Below, in pieces: positions 1 to 9,632 of a stretch of DNA of 64,000 nt (the stretch's first letter is position 1; each line of letters opens with the position of its first letter). The position numbers were made by a program, and so were the translations under genes. Under the pieces are notes generated by a model. That model saw nothing but the letters and a program-made list of their open reading frames with translations. It searched no databases and was not told the origin of the DNA. The stretch is from Desulfatiglandales bacterium. GTDB taxonomy: Bacteria; Desulfobacterota; DSM-4660; Desulfatiglandales; Desulfatiglandaceae. The stretch is from positions 7,392,001 to 7,456,000 of the forward strand of contig OY759599.1 in NCBI GenBank assembly GCA_963662465.1. The letters are read 5' to 3'.

Positions 1-2
1 AA

Positions 3-1124
3 AACAGTACTGAAACGATCAGAAGCGGGGAATCCGCTTCAGGGGATCTGGTTATTCTTAGTTTTGGCGACAGTATTACACAAGGATATCCCGATATCAC
101 AACGGTTGGCGGCGGAAGACGCGTTGGAGGATATGAACCGACACTGGAAACCCTTCTGGTTGATGATTCCCGGCCTTCCCAGGTTTTAAACTGGGGAGTT
201 GGGGGTGAAAGGACGTTTACCGGTGTTGGGAGGATTGACTCCGTGCTTTCGGATCCTACAGCGGATTATATCCTTATACTTGAAGGAACCAATGATTATG
301 ATGAGATTTCCTGGGAGGATACCATTATCAATTTGGGCCTCATGGTAGATAAGAGTGTGGCGCAAAATATAGTCCCGATCCTTTCCACGTTGACCCCTGA
401 TACTGTTATTGATCAATTTGATAAGGATATTATCATCAAAACATCCTATAACCCGGGTATAAAAGATTTGGCTGTCCAAAAAGCCGTAATACTGGCGGAT
501 CAATATGATGGGCTTATTGCCAATTGGAAATCTCAGCCTTTGACTGGTGACGGCCTTCATCCCAATACTGAAGGATATGAGGCCATGGCGCATATATGGT
601 TCGGTGTTATTCCCGGACCTCCGTTGGCAACAACCACGGCAGCAGGCCCCATTGGCTTCACAACGGCTGTTTTGAATGGAACGGTCAATCCCAACGGAAG
701 TGGCACCCAATATTACTTTGAGTATGGTCAAACCACGACCTACGGGAATTCCACGGTAAGCACCAGTGCCGGATCAGGTGAAGGTGTTGCGATGGTAAAT
801 GCTTCGGTAATCGGATTAACCGGCGAAATTCTATACCATTTTAGGATTGTGGCAACGAATAATGCTGGAATTGCATACGGTGAGGACCTTACATTCATGA
901 CCCATATTCCACCATGTGATGGTTGCGAGGAAGACATTGTAATTCTCAAAAATGTCATTTTCCCATCGGGAACCTTTTGCGAGTGCGTTGCCGGAATATC
1001 CATTGCGGTGGAAAATGTCACTATTGAGAGCGGCGCTAATGTTAGCTTTAAAGCGCCTGAGATAAATATTTCAAAACAATTTAATGCTGAAAGCGGCAGT
1101 TCAGTGAGCATTAAACAAAACTAG
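3..1124 (+). CDS. SGNH/GDSL hydrolase with FN3-like domain and Cys-containing C-terminal beta domain (5'-truncated by window)
   Basis: The frame of ORF 243..1124 is open back to base 3, giving LSFGDSITQGY (GDSL block I), NWGVGGE (block II), LEGTND (block III) and DGLHPN (block V). Then FN3-like TAVLNGTVNPNG...YHFRIVATN. Confidence 0.85.
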   Translation, partial: NSTETIRSGESASGDLVILSFGDSITQGYPDITTVGGGRRVGGYEPTLETLLVDDSRPSQVLNWGVGGERTFTGVGRIDSVLSDPTADYILILEGTNDYDEISWEDTIINLGLMVDKSVAQNIVPILSTLTPDTVIDQFDKDIIIKTSYNPGIKDLAVQKAVILADQYDGLIANWKSQPLTGDGLHPNTEGYEAMAHIWFGVIPGPPLATTTAAGPIGFTTAVLNGTVNPNGSGTQYYFEYGQTTTYGNSTVSTSAGSGEGVAMVNASVIGLTGEILYHFRIVATNNAGIAYGEDLTFMTHIPPCDGCEEDIVILKNVIFPSGTFCECVAGISIAVENVTIESGANVSFKAPEINISKQFNAESGSSVSIKQN

Positions 1125-1171
1125 CCTTTTGGATCAGGCTTGGGATATTCAATACCATCAGAAAAGTCTTT

Positions 1172-2386
1172 TTATATGATATACAACCATTTGAGTGCCA
1201 GCATAAACATGACCCCATGGAGACAGAGGGGTAGAAGGTAGGCCTTGTCCCCCGATTTTACAAAAGTGAGTACAAGAAATACCGCGCTGGGAAGAAATAC
1301 CCTGCTATATGCCCATGGTTCCACCCACATGATTTCCGTCATTAAAAACGGCATGAGGGAGAAAAGCAAAAAACAGATGGTCGTTTCATTTAGGGATAAA
1401 AATATTTCCTGAATTGCCAGGACCAGGGAAATGATGCATACCATGACGAAAATCAACAAGTATGATACCTTATAGCTGATCCAGTGGGGAGTGCCAATGG
1501 CTTTTTCAAGGTTGGTGATAATTCCCATGAAAGGGATGCCGAGTCTTCCCGGTTGCCATGTCAGGGTCTGTATTTTGTAATATACGTAAAACTGCCATAG
1601 CAGAAATGGAACCAGGGGTATCAGGGAAAACAACCCTGCTTTTAAGTTGCGTTTAAGGAAAATTTCGTCAAAGGCCAGTATTGGGACTACGGCCAGAAAA
1701 ATTTCTCTTGTCAAAACTGAAGCTGAAATGAATAAAGCGCTGATGATAAAATTTTGACGGTAATAGAAGAATAGACCTCCCACCACAAATCCAGCTGCGA
1801 GCGGTCCGGAGAGATCCCTGAGTATGGTGAATAGAAAACCGCTCAAAAAGGTATAGAAAAGGGCATACCAGGGGTTCATTTTTCGGTCTTTCAACATCAA
1901 GGCCACGAAATAAGTGCCCATGATAATGGCGGCTAAATTTACCAGGATAAGCATGAAAGGGATTAAATCGGGGATTCCGCAGGAAAGCCCATAGACCAGC
2001 AGAGGATACAACATTCGCTGATATCGGTAGGCGGGTGCATCCAGATACTGGTACATTTTTGTCAGAATCAGGGGATCATGGGCCATGATATAGTAGAACT
2101 GACCATCATAACCTATTGAAGATTTAAAAACGATTGTTTTTTTCGGGATTATTTTAGCGGGGAAAAGCTTATCTCCGATTGTAATGAGTCCTGTCATGTT
2201 CCAGTCAAATCGTTCTCCATATTGATAGAGGATTGCCAAATAGAAAAAAATCGATAGCAGGAGAACATACAAGATCGTTCTGTGGTGAAAAATAGCGGTT
2301 TGGGATGGTAATGCCGTGGATTTTTCCTTACGAGGGAGTTCTTTTAAAGAAGTTTTTTCAGCTTGAACAGGCCTATTCATGTGCAA
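1172..2386 (-). CDS. Multi-pass membrane protein, GT-C-like glycosyltransferase (AZOBR_p60025-like cell-surface glycopolymer formation family)
   Basis: Many hydrophobic segments. Loop motifs GYDGQFYYIMAHDP and AYRYQRMLYPLL are typical of this family. Lies near wecB. Confidence 0.65.
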   Translation of the reverse strand: MHMNRPVQAEKTSLKELPRKEKSTALPSQTAIFHHRTILYVLLLSIFFYLAILYQYGERFDWNMTGLITIGDKLFPAKIIPKKTIVFKSSIGYDGQFYYIMAHDPLILTKMYQYLDAPAYRYQRMLYPLLVYGLSCGIPDLIPFMLILVNLAAIIMGTYFVALMLKDRKMNPWYALFYTFLSGFLFTILRDLSGPLAAGFVVGGLFFYYRQNFIISALFISASVLTREIFLAVVPILAFDEIFLKRNLKAGLFSLIPLVPFLLWQFYVYYKIQTLTWQPGRLGIPFMGIITNLEKAIGTPHWISYKVSYLLIFVMVCIISLVLAIQEIFLSLNETTICFLLFSLMPFLMTEIMWVEPWAYSRVFLPSAVFLVLTFVKSGDKAYLLPLCLHGVMFMLALKWLYII

Positions 2387-2540
2387 AAGATTCTATTTCT
2401 CGAGTTTCTGATCTTCCGTAAAGAGGGGTCAATGATATTCAGGGGATGATATGTATATGGGAATGCAAACACAAGGAGTTTTTTACATAAATGGAAATAA
2501 AGTTACACCTTTGGTAGCTGGTGCTTGAAAAGCCGTTCTT

Positions 2541-4259
2541 TCAAGGAAGGATGCGCACATTGAGAAGGTTCATACAACCGTTGTTGACTTTTGGGGCCTT
2601 GATGATGCTTTCAGAAGATACCTGTTTTGTAAAGGATGTATCCCAGCCACCCTCCAGGGTAATTGTTCTGGCGTCATTTAATAAGAACGGTTCAGCATAA
2701 GTGCCTTGGGCGATTTTTATGGCGTTTGCTGAGTAAGGCGCATCTATGGCCGTTTGAATGGAAGTGTAGCAGGGACAACCGCCACAGGTTTCAAGGCTTG
2801 AATTCACATAGACTGACCCTTTAAACGCCGCTGTCGTAAATTGCACGTTGTCTCCATAATTTGTACCGGCGCTGTTGGTTGCATAGGCTCTTGCAAAATA
2901 GGACTTTCCCAAATCCAGGCCGGTGATAATGCTCTGAAAATCGCCGGTTCCCTCTCCGTCGTTTGTGTGGCTGTCCCCGGTGGAGGGATTTTGAGTCGGG
3001 CTCCAGCAGACTCCCCTTGCCGTCACGGCGGATCCCCCGTTGGATGTCACGTTTCCTCCCCCCGACGCTCGGTCGCAGGTTAAATCGATTGCAGAGGTGA
3101 TGACCGTTGGAACTGTAATGGTCTGGGTATAGGTATGGAGCGGCAATTGGTCTACGTTTCCGCCGGGGAGGTTGTAGGCGGTATCACAGATGCCATCTTC
3201 GTTGCTGTCTCCTGTCACCTGAGAAAACCCTGTTCCATCCGGTTTCGCCCAGAAATTGCCGCCAAGGAAAGGGCCCCCCACGATATTTACGCCGGCGGTT
3301 TGTGATGTGTTAAACTGGTTCCCCGTGTTGCTTCCGTCAAATCCCACGCTTATTTCGATATCATAGATGTTAACGTTACTGAAATAGTTGTTATAGATGG
3401 TGTTATAGTTGCTTGAATGGAACCAGATCCCCTTGTCCTGGTTTCCCGTGATGGTATTTCCTTTTATCGTATTGTTGCCGGCTTTTTCTCCGAGATAAAG
3501 GCCCACCCGATTGTTTTTAACACTGTTTTCACTTACCATATTATGTTCAGGGGCTTTCATTTCAGGATAGTTGTCGTTTCCTTTAAGGACGATGCCCCGA
3601 TCTCCGTTTTCGTTCGCTGTATTTCCGGTCAGGGTGTTGTAAATGCTTTCGAGATTCAATTCGATGCCAGCCATACCGTTATTGTTTGCGGTATTGTTGA
3701 CTAGTGTGTTGTCGCGATTGATGCAGTCAATCACAGGATATTCCGAATCATCACCGTCCAGAACGATGCCGTAAAGTGTATTGTTGTTAGCTGTATTGCC
3801 TGTGACTGTGGTGGATTTTGCGTTCCAAAGGTAAATGCCGTATGCATTTCCACTTGCATTGCAGTTTTCAACCCTGCCATTTCGGATCCATTCAAATAGG
3901 ATTCCGTAATGTTTTTTCTCTATTCTCACATTTTTGATTGTAATGTTCTGCATCTCGGGCCCGCCATTGACAAGGATGCCTAACCTCTCTTCGCCCGAAC
4001 CGCTGATGGTTTTGCCCCGTCCATCCAGCACAACGTTGTTGGCCCGAATGCGGATGGCGCAGTCGTCCGCAGTGGTAAAAACCTCTCCTTCAAAATTTAG
4101 ATAGTAGTTTCCTGATTCAGAAATAATCCACGAATCTCCATCAAATTCCGGACTGTTTCTATCCAGCGGTATGTCTGCGTATGCCGGTGCGAGGTTCAGC
4201 CCGATAAAAATTATCAAGAAGATTTGAAAGATGGTTCGGCTAATGAAATCTTTTCTCAT
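2541..4259 (-). CDS. Secreted NosD/CASH right-handed beta-helix protein with FN3-like and C-terminal domain
   Basis: Signal peptide. Repeated GIxL...NxxxGNTANNN beta-helix turns, the GGNFWAKPDGTGFSQ motif, and FN3-like ARGVCWS...YFARAYATNSAGTNYG. Confidence 0.8.
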   Translation of the reverse strand: MRKDFISRTIFQIFLIIFIGLNLAPAYADIPLDRNSPEFDGDSWIISESGNYYLNFEGEVFTTADDCAIRIRANNVVLDGRGKTISGSGEERLGILVNGGPEMQNITIKNVRIEKKHYGILFEWIRNGRVENCNASGNAYGIYLWNAKSTTVTGNTANNNTLYGIVLDGDDSEYPVIDCINRDNTLVNNTANNNGMAGIELNLESIYNTLTGNTANENGDRGIVLKGNDNYPEMKAPEHNMVSENSVKNNRVGLYLGEKAGNNTIKGNTITGNQDKGIWFHSSNYNTIYNNYFSNVNIYDIEISVGFDGSNTGNQFNTSQTAGVNIVGGPFLGGNFWAKPDGTGFSQVTGDSNEDGICDTAYNLPGGNVDQLPLHTYTQTITVPTVITSAIDLTCDRASGGGNVTSNGGSAVTARGVCWSPTQNPSTGDSHTNDGEGTGDFQSIITGLDLGKSYFARAYATNSAGTNYGDNVQFTTAAFKGSVYVNSSLETCGGCPCYTSIQTAIDAPYSANAIKIAQGTYAEPFLLNDARTITLEGGWDTSFTKQVSSESIIKAPKVNNGCMNLLNVRILP

Positions 4260-4332
4260 TTTGTTTACTCCTTGATTCAGAAATGATATGTTTACGAAAG
4301 TTACGGTAAATAGCTGATTCTCTTACTTAGAA

Positions 4333-4665
4333 TTATGCACAGTCGATTTTAGGGTTGTATTGGCCATGGCGATTGAGTTTGGTCAGGTGGAAAGAGAGCT
4401 TGAGACGGCCAACCAGCGTAATACCAGTTTGATTGAGCAGTCTGCAGAACTTGTCTGCGGCCACGCGATGCTTTTGATTGTCAATTCTATCCAATATCAT
4501 TACGAGGGTTTCCTCAATCAGTTGGAGATATCCGGATTTGCGGGTAATCATGCCTAAAATTTGCTTGATGTCCCGGAGGTTATCATAGCATCGTCTGAAA
4601 ATTTCCACTAAACGCTCGCGGGAGTGGAAAGTCAAACACGACACTAAATCATAGGGAATTCCCAA
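4333..4665 (-). pseudogene. Probable C-terminal fragment of a transposase
   Basis: ITRKSGYLQL...LDRIDNQKHRVAADKFCRLLNQ resembles the C-terminus of putative transposases in Desulfobacterota. No N-terminal part; adjacent to another transposase remnant. Confidence 0.45.
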
Positions 4666-4758
4666 GAAATAATCTACTCATTTTTTCAAGCATAATGTTA
4701 CCCCGAAAAGATAAATGCAATTAGAATCTTTCATGCCCATCCGGATGTTGCATACCTC

Positions 4759-5222
4759 TTCCAGAAGATGCTCGGGATCAAGCGGTACGAAACGTCTTTC
4801 AATATGCTTTACAAGCTTCATACCGCAATGGTGCGGCCAGGACGAGATGCAATCGGTGGAGAGAGTGGCCAGTTGAAGTAGATGAAACGTATGTAGGCGG
4901 TGCGACACAAGGAGAAGGAAGTGGGAGGCGCCATAAAACTCTTGTTGGCGGCATTGTTGAAGTATGTCCGAGGAAAAAGGCACCCGGCCCTGATCCTAAT
5001 TTGCCAACTGGCCAGCGTCCACAGCATCGTGGAGGACATGGACGAGGTGTTATTGCAGGCAGGTTGCGGCTCCAGATTCTCCCAAATCGCAAGCAGGAGA
5101 CCCTGGAACCTTTTGTTCGGAAAAATGTAAAGCTGGGAACTGAAGTACGAACTGACGGATTTTCTTTGTGTAGGCGAAAGATATGCGAAGCGATTACAGT
5201 TCATTGGTCTGTTGTAGAGTAG
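4759..5222 (+). pseudogene. IS1595-family (ISXO2-like DDE) transposase remnant, frameshifted and truncated
   Basis: Reads FQKMLGIKRYETSFNMLYKLHTAMVRPGRDAIGGE, shifts frame in the GGAGAGAG run near 4858-4866, then continues WPVEVDETYVGG...GRLRLQILPN...LEPFVRKNVKLGTEVRTDG. DET and TDG are IS1595 catalytic motifs. Confidence 0.85.
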
Positions 5223-5267
5223 AACTTGACCCTAACCTATTAACCCATGAAAGGTTGTGATTTTGTT

Positions 5268-6392
5268 ATGTCCCATAATGCGATTGATCTGGTGGCGGGC
5301 GCCCGCCCCAATTTTATGAAACTGGCGCCGGTGGTAAGGGCACTCAAACAGCATGGTGCGGCGTTGGCCGCTCGGAATCTCTCCTGGCGGATTATCCATA
5401 CGGGCCAGCACTATGATCAGGGGATGAACGATGTTTTCTTCAGCGAGCTTGGCATTCCCATTCCTAATGTGAACCTGAATGTGGGGTCCGGGTCCCATGG
5501 CGCCCAGACGGCAAGGATTCTGGAACGATATGAGGCTCACCTGTTGAAAGACCCATCCGCGGCCACCGTGGTGTTTGGGGACGTCAATTCCACTGTGGCA
5601 TGCGCGCTTGCGGCGGTGAAATTGGGCATTCCCGTGGTCCACGTTGAGGCGGGACTTCGAAGCTTTGATCGCACCATGCCCGAAGAGATCAACCGGATTG
5701 TGACCGATGCACTGTCTCAGGTGCTGTTGGTGTCCGAGCCCAGCGGCGTGGAGAACCTGAAACGTGAAGGGGTGGCTGGAAAGAAGATTCATCTGGTGGG
5801 CAATGTTATGATCGATACCCTGGCCCATGAGCTTCCCAAGGCCATGGAAAGCGATATCCTGAGTCGCATTGGGTTGACCCGACCCTATGGGTTGATTACC
5901 CTGCATCGGCCTGCCAATGTGGATAACCCTGCCGTGCTGAAGCCTCTCCTTGAATGCCTGGCCGACTTTTCAAAAATGCTGCCCATGGTTTTTCCGGTTC
6001 ACCCCCGAACTCAAAAGGCCATCAATGAGAACGGGCTCCAATGCCTGTTTGATGCAAATCCTGCGTTTAAGCGTGTCTCTCCCTTGCCATACCGGGAAAA
6101 TCTGTGTCTCATGAGTCGGGCTAAAGTGGTGCTGACCGACTCCGGCGGCATGCAGGAAGAAACCACGTTTCTGAAGGTGCCCTGTCTCACGTTGCGGGAT
6201 AATACGGAACGGCCCATTACCATTGAAAAAGGGACCAGTCGTCTGGTGGGAAACGATCCTCATAAAGTCCGTCTGGGGTTGGAGGATGTTTTGCGGGACA
6301 GGTGGCCGGAAGGGGAAGATATTCCCCTGTGGGACGGCAGGACGGGGGATCGAATTGCGGAGATTCTGCTTTCGGGAGATATGGGCTTTTAG
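5268..6392 (+). CDS. wecB: UDP-N-acetylglucosamine 2-epimerase (non-hydrolysing)
   Basis: GARPNFMK, HTGQHYD, GDVNST, HVEAGLRS, MPEEINR and TDSGGMQEE motifs. Start at 5268 or 5247. Confidence 0.95.
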   Translation: MSHNAIDLVAGARPNFMKLAPVVRALKQHGAALAARNLSWRIIHTGQHYDQGMNDVFFSELGIPIPNVNLNVGSGSHGAQTARILERYEAHLLKDPSAATVVFGDVNSTVACALAAVKLGIPVVHVEAGLRSFDRTMPEEINRIVTDALSQVLLVSEPSGVENLKREGVAGKKIHLVGNVMIDTLAHELPKAMESDILSRIGLTRPYGLITLHRPANVDNPAVLKPLLECLADFSKMLPMVFPVHPRTQKAINENGLQCLFDANPAFKRVSPLPYRENLCLMSRAKVVLTDSGGMQEETTFLKVPCLTLRDNTERPITIEKGTSRLVGNDPHKVRLGLEDVLRDRWPEGEDIPLWDGRTGDRIAEILLSGDMGF

Positions 6393-6444
6393 GCTTAAGG
6401 ACTGACTACCGGTTTACAGTTGAAAAAAAGGGGAGGTGTAGCTT

Positions 6445-7743
6445 TCAACCCTCCAACAGGAACTTCCAGGCAGGGAGGACCTCTATTTTTTTATTTCCCT
6501 CCTGTAAAATCTCATTTTCATCATGGGTAACGATTACGGCTGATTCCGCCTGCTGTTCTTCCATTGCAATCAAAAGAGATGATATTTCCCGCTGCCTTGT
6601 TTTCTCATCTTTCATTGACCAGCATACCTGAGCAAAATGCTTTTTTCTCTGCCTGTCCAGCCAGATAAAATCAACTTCTCGGCCATTGTTTGTTCGGTAG
6701 TAATACACTTCGCACCCCTGCCGCCTGAGGTGGAGAAAAACAATGTTTTCAAGAAGACGTCCTCGATCTTCTGTAATCATAGGGGTTACAGCTTGTACCA
6801 TTCCGTGATCAATGCAATACACCTTTCTTGGATTGGTATTCTGTTTGTTAATAGAAGCGCTGTAGCGTTTAATTGAAAAAAGAAAATATGCATCCTCAAA
6901 CCAATCAAGGCACTGCCCTACAAAACTTTTACTGACTTTGTGTCCGAGAGATTTTAAATAATCAGTTATTTTATTTATGGAGTAGAGGGAAGAAATTGAT
7001 GAAATGAGACGGTAACCGGCATCAATTACAGCTTTTGGGTGCAGCGTATCAAAGCGCTCTATGATATCCCGATGCAAAATTGCTTTATAATATTCCTGCA
7101 GCAGCATAATTTGGATCTGATTCGTAGCGGAAACTGTCTCTGGGAACCCCCCCCTCCTGAAGAAGTCGCCATAGGCATTCTGAATGATCAACTTGTTTTT
7201 GGTTGTGATTTTATGATACTCGACCTGTTTGGCATCTAAAAATTCTTTAAAAGAAAAAGGAAACAGCTCCCAAGTCAGGGAACGGCCTCTCATTTGGGTC
7301 GATATTTCTTTTGACAGCATTTTGGATGAAGAACCGGAGAGATACACCTCGCAGTTTTCAGTACGAAGCAGTCGATCAATAAAGGGCTCCCAGTTTTGCG
7401 CTTCCTGTATTTCATCAAAAAAACAGTAGATTTTTTCCGCGCCCTTTTTTTGGGGGTAAAGCGCATAGTAAGCATCAATAACAGCGCCGATATTACCTTT
7501 TTTTAATGCCCACAGACGATCATCAAAAAAATTAAGATACAGAATGTTTTCAATATTTTTGTGTTTTTGGAGTAAATTGGCAATGATCTGGTAAAGCAGT
7601 GTCGATTTTCCACAACGTCTGACGCCTATACAGATAAATGCCTTGTTCGGAAAAACTTCATATTGCATGTGTCTTGCGATACCAGGTTCAAGCCTTTGAT
7701 CCTGAAAATCCAGAATAATTTGCTGTAGAATCTCTTTATCCAT
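6445..7743 (-). CDS. AAA_14 ATP-binding protein with DUF4143 and C-terminal nuclease-like motif
   Basis: Walker A GVRRCGKST, Walker B FFDEIQ, LSGSSS, GGFPE, and YYYRTNNGREVDFI...QVC. Confidence 0.88.
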   Translation of the reverse strand: MDKEILQQIILDFQDQRLEPGIARHMQYEVFPNKAFICIGVRRCGKSTLLYQIIANLLQKHKNIENILYLNFFDDRLWALKKGNIGAVIDAYYALYPQKKGAEKIYCFFDEIQEAQNWEPFIDRLLRTENCEVYLSGSSSKMLSKEISTQMRGRSLTWELFPFSFKEFLDAKQVEYHKITTKNKLIIQNAYGDFFRRGGFPETVSATNQIQIMLLQEYYKAILHRDIIERFDTLHPKAVIDAGYRLISSISSLYSINKITDYLKSLGHKVSKSFVGQCLDWFEDAYFLFSIKRYSASINKQNTNPRKVYCIDHGMVQAVTPMITEDRGRLLENIVFLHLRRQGCEVYYYRTNNGREVDFIWLDRQRKKHFAQVCWSMKDEKTRQREISSLLIAMEEQQAESAVIVTHDENEILQEGNKKIEVLPAWKFLLEG

Positions 7744-7801
7744 TGCATCCTTCTCAAGCTGGAAGAATAAATGACCGATTTGTTGTTCTATTGGAAACTA
7801 A

Positions 7802-7819
7802 TCTTACCAGTTGGTAAGA
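7802..7819. promoter_or_regulatory. Palindrome upstream of the AAA_14/DUF4143 gene (possible operator)
   Basis: TCTTACCA-GT-TGGTAAGA, perfect 8-bp arms, about 60 bp upstream of the 7743 start. Confidence 0.35.
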
Positions 7820-7849
7820 ATAAAAGCCAAATCCATTTGGGTATCCTTA

Positions 7850-7995
7850 GGCCTTGATCATCGTTTCGGCCACCCGGCAATAAATTGCCGGGCTATTGTC
7901 TGTCGCCCCGATGGGGCTTTTACCGTCCTGTAGGGTTGATAATAGCCAGGGGTTTCAACCCCTGGTGGCAAATGGCCGAAACGATGATCAAGGCC
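7850..7995. mobile_element. 146-bp MITE with 23-bp perfect terminal inverted repeats and 8-bp target-site duplication
   Basis: TIR GGCCTTGATCATCGTTTCGGCCA at 7850-7872, exact reverse complement at 7973-7995. TATCCTTA direct repeats at 7842-7849 and 7996-8003. Confidence 0.9.
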
Positions 7996-8000
7996 TATCC

Positions 8001-9632
8001 TTATTCCAGCCGTAGTTTCTTCCGGTCCACCTGATAGCCATACCCCACCCGTCGCAGCTCCCGGTTGAAATCCATTCCCTGGTCGGAAAACTTATCGACG
8101 CCCTCAATCACGTAAAACTGCAGATACTCGGGTTCACAGGGCGCCTCATGGAGTTTGATGTTGGTATATTTCTTTCCCTCAAGCGCCTTTCGATTGTTGA
8201 ATTTGTAATCGTAGACCTCCTTGAAAGAGGCTTCCCCCGGGGGTGCGAAATTCAGGTTGTCGCCATAGAGCCAGGCATAAAAATCCTTGCGGTTGTTCTG
8301 GGCCCAAATCTCCTCGGCCACCCGGCTCTTGGTGTGGCGAAAGGCAATATAATACTGAATCCCCATCACCTCATCATTGCCGTCGCCTTTCAGATCAAAC
8401 ACATCATAACAGTGGGACAGACTTCGATAATGCTTGATTCCTTCCATGCCTTCGGAAGTCGACGGCAGCATCTCCCGAAACTCCGTCAGATGCCCGGCAT
8501 TGAGGCGGGTACAGCCATGGGAGACGGGTCCCCGACTGGTGATGGATACCCGGTTGAAGGGTTTGCCGTTTCGACTGCCCGTCGTCACTTTCCGCCAGCT
8601 TTCCGGAAGCAGGTGATGGCCTGCGATCCAGCAGCTGATGCCGGGGTTGTGAATGGCGTTATAGGCAATGCCGCCGCCATACTCGTAAGGCAGCATGGGC
8701 ATCATGCCGTAATAACCGGCTGATGAGATGTAGTCCACCATCCCCAGAATGCCTTTTCCGTGCTTTCGAGGAATCAGTTGCCAGATCCCGTTAGTGGTGT
8801 ACATGGGCATGACCTGGCCGTCATGGGTGGTTGTTTTGTCATAGGTGCCGGCAGGATAAATGCTGGTAAACTCGTAATAATCCAGCATGCCGTTCTTGAC
8901 GGTATAAATGCCGTCAGTGACGGCATCGAAAAAATCTTCTGCTTTAAGCCGAAAGGCCTTCATATCACCCGATTTGGCCAGGGTCACCAACTCACCGAAT
9001 GCGGCATCCTGGGATGCGGTCAATTCGTGAAGGAAAATGCGATGGGGAAAAAAGTCGTTGATCAGGTCCAGTTTGGCTTGAAGGTCGGCAAGTTTTGGAG
9101 AATCCTTGAGCAGTTTTGCAAAAGCATCCGCCATTTTGTTGAAATCCTTTTGGATATGGAACAACCTCCCCGGAGCGAGCTTGTCCAGATAGGTCAGGTT
9201 GAGTTCCCGCCAGGCTTTTTCATCCAGTTCCCCCTTCTTTTTGACCAGCTCATGGAGCTTTTCATCTGTCACCTTTTGATGATAGGCTTCCCACGCCAGA
9301 TTGGATGTGAGTTTAATAATCTTTTTATCAATGACCTCTTTGTAAAGATCATGGCGGGCCACCTGGTCCGTCAGGTAATTGTCGATGGTCTTGTCGGAAA
9401 GGACCATTCGCACCCGAACCTGGTTGCCGCGCCCCAAATGAATTTTAATTCGCTTCCGTTCTTGCACCCGAGGCGCAAATCCCGTATAGAAATTGGGATC
9501 GTAATTATTGAAGAACACGCCGTAGGGTTTCTCGTTGGTCCACCGGTCTCTGCTGAGCCCAAAAGCCGCACCGGAAAACATCCATACCGCTGAGAGAAAA
9601 AAACAAGCCGCCCACACCCATCGTTTAGACAT
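8001..9632 (-). CDS. Exported protein with L,D-transpeptidase-like (YkuD) catalytic motif
   Basis: Signal peptide; YNAIHNPG...SRGPVSHGCTRL matches the His...SHGCxRL signature. Start overlaps the end of the upstream regulator. Confidence 0.6.
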   Translation of the reverse strand: MSKRWVWAACFFLSAVWMFSGAAFGLSRDRWTNEKPYGVFFNNYDPNFYTGFAPRVQERKRIKIHLGRGNQVRVRMVLSDKTIDNYLTDQVARHDLYKEVIDKKIIKLTSNLAWEAYHQKVTDEKLHELVKKKGELDEKAWRELNLTYLDKLAPGRLFHIQKDFNKMADAFAKLLKDSPKLADLQAKLDLINDFFPHRIFLHELTASQDAAFGELVTLAKSGDMKAFRLKAEDFFDAVTDGIYTVKNGMLDYYEFTSIYPAGTYDKTTTHDGQVMPMYTTNGIWQLIPRKHGKGILGMVDYISSAGYYGMMPMLPYEYGGGIAYNAIHNPGISCWIAGHHLLPESWRKVTTGSRNGKPFNRVSITSRGPVSHGCTRLNAGHLTEFREMLPSTSEGMEGIKHYRSLSHCYDVFDLKGDGNDEVMGIQYYIAFRHTKSRVAEEIWAQNNRKDFYAWLYGDNLNFAPPGEASFKEVYDYKFNNRKALEGKKYTNIKLHEAPCEPEYLQFYVIEGVDKFSDQGMDFNRELRRVGYGYQVDRKKLRLE

